Assembly: GCA_963760795.1 (NCBI GenBank)
Contig: CAVXEP010000034.1
Location: 47,557 to 111,556 of the forward strand
Length of the DNA: 64,000 bases
Direction: 5' to 3'
Source: an uncultured delta proteobacterium
Lineage (GTDB): Bacteria; Desulfobacterota; Binatia; UBA9968
Part shown: positions 61,411 to 64,000 of the stretch, one piece after another
Position numbering within the stretch: position 1 is the first letter of the stretch
Layout: the number at the start of each line of letters is the position of its first letter
Program-made: the position numbers and the translations under genes
The notes under the pieces: generated by a model
Told to the model about the DNA's origin: nothing
The model's database searches: none
The model's input: only the letters and a program-made list of their open reading frames with translations

Positions 61411-62172
61411 TTACTGTTCAGGCAGTGGATCGATCCCAGCTTCTTCAACCTTCTTGGCTGGCGCGAGCTGTTGGGCGTTGCGATTTTCGCTCGGGCTCAG
61501 GTAGCCGACACTGGCGAGGCGGTTCAATATGATGTTGCGCCGGGCGGCTAGGCCGCGCTCCTTGGAGTTGCGCGGACTCGGCAGCAGGGCGGCCAAGGTC
61601 GCGGCTTCGACCAGATCGACGGAACCGGCGGATTTGCCGAAGTAGTGCTGCGCCGCCGCTTCGACGCCGTAAATATTGCGGCCCAATTCGACAACGTTCA
61701 AGTAAACCTCGAAAATGCGCCGCTTCGACAGGGAGTTTTCCAGCTGATGGGCGATGATGATTTCTTTTAACTTGCGCAGCGGATTCTTCGACGGGCTGAG
61801 ATAAAGGTTCTTGGCGAGCTGCATGGTGATGGTGCTGCCGCCTCGGCTAAAGCTCAAGGTTTCAAGATCCTTCTTGAACGCGGCCTTGAGTTCTGTCACG
61901 TCAACGCCCTTGTGGCTGTAGAACCCGGCGTCTTCACTGATCAGGACGGCTTTTTTAATATGTTCTGAGATCGCACCGTAGGACACCCAGATTTGTTGGC
62001 GCCGCCCGCGTGAGTTTTGCTTTTTGTACTCTTGGTCGCGCAAGTTCATGAGCGCAGTGCTAGTAGGATTCTTTTGCTTGAGCACTGAGACGTCGGGCAA
62101 CGAGAAGTAAAAATAGTAACCTGTGCCGACCAGGAGGGTCGCGAGTAGGGTGCTAAATAGTACGCTTTTCAT
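61411..62172 (-). CDS. mtgA: Monofunctional peptidoglycan transglycosylase
   Basis: EDAGFYSHKGVD, GGSTITMQLAKNL, RKLKE, KRRIFEVYLN. Confidence 0.9.
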   Translation of the reverse strand: MKSVLFSTLLATLLVGTGYYFYFSLPDVSVLKQKNPTSTALMNLRDQEYKKQNSRGRRQQIWVSYGAISEHIKKAVLISEDAGFYSHKGVDVTELKAAFKKDLETLSFSRGGSTITMQLAKNLYLSPSKNPLRKLKEIIIAHQLENSLSKRRIFEVYLNVVELGRNIYGVEAAAQHYFGKSAGSVDLVEAATLAALLPSPRNSKERGLAARRNIILNRLASVGYLSPSENRNAQQLAPAKKVEEAGIDPLPEQ

Positions 62173-63208
62173 ATTCGCGAAATAAACTAACAGCTTTGGT
62201 GGTCATCGACGAGGTGGCGTAACGGTGCAGCTGGGACGGCAAGATCCAACGCCAGCCGGGTGGCAGACTTTTCTTCAGCGCCCAACGGTAGAGTAAGACC
62301 GGCGCATGAATGCGCCGGTCGGTGATGCTATGGCGCAGCTCGCCCAAGCGCAGCGGCGCCAGGCTGGCGATGGATAGCGGTCTGAGTTCTTTCCGAATCG
62401 CCACCTCTGGCTTTGCCAGCCGCGCGATCTCGGCGCCGGGGAGTTCCCACAGGTTAGCCAGCAATCCATTGGATTGACGGCGCCGCAATAGAATCTTCCG
62501 CTGATAACTGATGATCGCCAGCGGCCAGGTTACGTTACGAATATTTGTTTTTGCTCGCTGCTGGATAAATTGACTCTGTCCCAGCTGATCTCGGCTCCGG
62601 CAGCCGGACCTCACCGGACAGGCGCCGCAGCGCGGCTCTTGCGGCGCACAGACCGTGGCGCCGAGTTCCATCAAGGCTTGGTTAAGATTTCCCGGCCGCG
62701 AGGTTTCGGCCAGTTTGGCGGCGACGGCGCGCACTGCCGCTTCGGCGCTGGTATGAAATAGCCGGCTAAGCACGCGGCGCACGTTGCCGTCGACGGCAGG
62801 ATATTTTTCGTCGAAGGCGATGCTGAGCAGCGCTCCGGCGGTATAGTCGCCGATACCGGGGAGGGCTCGCAGCAGTTCATAATCACGCGGCAGATTGCCG
62901 CCATGTTGGGCCACGATCTGGCGCGCGGCTTTGTGTAAATTCTCGGCGCGCCGGTAGTAGCCCAGCCCGGACCACAGGCGCAGCACCCGTGGCAGCGGCG
63001 CGCCGGCGAGCGCTTGCAGGGTCGGAAATGCGTCCAAGAAGCGCGCGTAGTAGGATAGCACGGTCTTAACTTGGGTTTGCTGCAGCATGGTCTCGGAGAT
63101 CCAGATGGCGTACGGATCGCGCGACTGGCGCCAGGGTAAATCGCGCTGGTTTTTTCGATACCAGTTGAGCAGCCGGCGCCGCAGCAGAGAAAGATTTACT
63201 TCAGCCAT
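62153..63208 (-). CDS. mutY: A/G-specific adenine glycosylase
   Basis: RDLPWR, SETMLQQTQV, WSGLGYY, LPGIGDYTA, VDGNVRRV, C-x6-C-x2-C-x5-C. Confidence 0.94.
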   Translation of the reverse strand: MAEVNLSLLRRRLLNWYRKNQRDLPWRQSRDPYAIWISETMLQQTQVKTVLSYYARFLDAFPTLQALAGAPLPRVLRLWSGLGYYRRAENLHKAARQIVAQHGGNLPRDYELLRALPGIGDYTAGALLSIAFDEKYPAVDGNVRRVLSRLFHTSAEAAVRAVAAKLAETSRPGNLNQALMELGATVCAPQEPRCGACPVRSGCRSRDQLGQSQFIQQRAKTNIRNVTWPLAIISYQRKILLRRRQSNGLLANLWELPGAEIARLAKPEVAIRKELRPLSIASLAPLRLGELRHSITDRRIHAPVLLYRWALKKSLPPGWRWILPSQLHRYATSSMTTKAVSLFREYEKRTI

Positions 63209-63283
63209 GAATGCAGTCGGGCGGGGTTTCAGTTATAACGCACTCTAAATTAAATCAGCTTTGAAGGGAACTCGCTGCGCGCC

Positions 63284-64000
63284 GTGCTGCCAATCATATT
63301 CGGGCTGCTAACTTCACTTTGTTTCGCGGTGGCCAGTCTGCTGGCGCAACGCGGCTACCATATCGGGCCGGCGCCCTGGGGCGCGTGGATCACCATCGCC
63401 GCCAACGCGGCGTTTCTCCTGGCCGGTCATTTGTTGATCGAGGGTAATACCCGTCTGTTCATCGCCGACAATTTTATCTTTGTCGCCGTCGGCCTATTTG
63501 TCCCCGGAGTCACCCGGGTGCTGAGCTTTCGCGGCATCCGCACCATGGGCAGCTCGATTACCTCCACCGTCGTCAACACCACGCCGATGTTTTCCACTGT
63601 GTTGGCGATTCTCATACTCGGCGAGCGTCCGAGCGCGTTGGTCCTTGGCGGCGTGCTGCTCACGGTCGGCGGACTGATCACCGTGTCCTGGGGCGGTGAG
63701 AAGGTTTCCTACTCAAAGATCGAATTGGTGTTTCCGTTTCTCTGCGCGTTGTTGTTCTCGATGAAAGATATTTCGGTGCGCTGGGGCCTGGGCGGTGGCG
63801 GCGGCCAACCGATCCTCGCCGCGGCCATCGCCGCGCTGACTTCTACCGTCGAAATTTTCCTGATTACCCGTTACGCCCAGGGGGAGAAGTTTGCGCTGCC
63901 GCGGTTGCCGGTGTTGCGCTGGTTTGTCTGGTCGGGGATCTTCACTGGCGCTTCCTTCCTGTTCATGTATGTCGCTTTCAGTATGGAGCGGGTGTCGATC
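63284..64000 (+). CDS. EamA/DMT family transporter (runs off the window end; absent from the ORF track)
   Basis: Open frame from GTG 63284: LPIIFGLLTSLCFA...GLFVPG...TTPMFSTVLAILILGE. Confidence 0.85.
   Translation, partial: MLPIIFGLLTSLCFAVASLLAQRGYHIGPAPWGAWITIAANAAFLLAGHLLIEGNTRLFIADNFIFVAVGLFVPGVTRVLSFRGIRTMGSSITSTVVNTTPMFSTVLAILILGERPSALVLGGVLLTVGGLITVSWGGEKVSYSKIELVFPFLCALLFSMKDISVRWGLGGGGGQPILAAAIAALTSTVEIFLITRYAQGEKFALPRLPVLRWFVWSGIFTGASFLFMYVAFSMERVSI

Overview
GC-rich (~60%) bacterial chromosome segment. The many stand-alone NMT1/TctC-type solute-binding proteins and the short intergenic palindromic repeats suggest Candidatus Binatia or a related deltaproteobacterial lineage (inference only). 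About 60 genes, mostly metabolic, transport and housekeeping (asnS, class I DAHP synthase, mutY, mtgA, msrPQ, ppnP, DEAD-box helicase). At least 14 genes are split by single-base indels, most likely long-read consensus errors. Two regions stand out. (1) 38.6-42.1 kb: a fossil integron that the ORF track does not show. It has four attC-bounded cassettes (vapBC, a membrane protein, a secreted protein, a sulfatase), a probable attI with a cassette promoter, and only a decayed 3' stub of an integron integrase, co-oriented with the cassettes (inverted layout). (2) 6.5-15.7 kb: a co-directional cluster with three heme-oxygenase-like (PqqC/CADD/TenA-fold) putative dimetal enzymes, an EutA-like ATPase with no eutBC nearby, a bicupin, a DHDPS-family aldolase, a dihydroxyphthalate-decarboxylase-like protein and two solute-binding proteins. 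It looks like an uncharacterised oxidative pathway. I recognised no tRNA, rRNA or CRISPR array.
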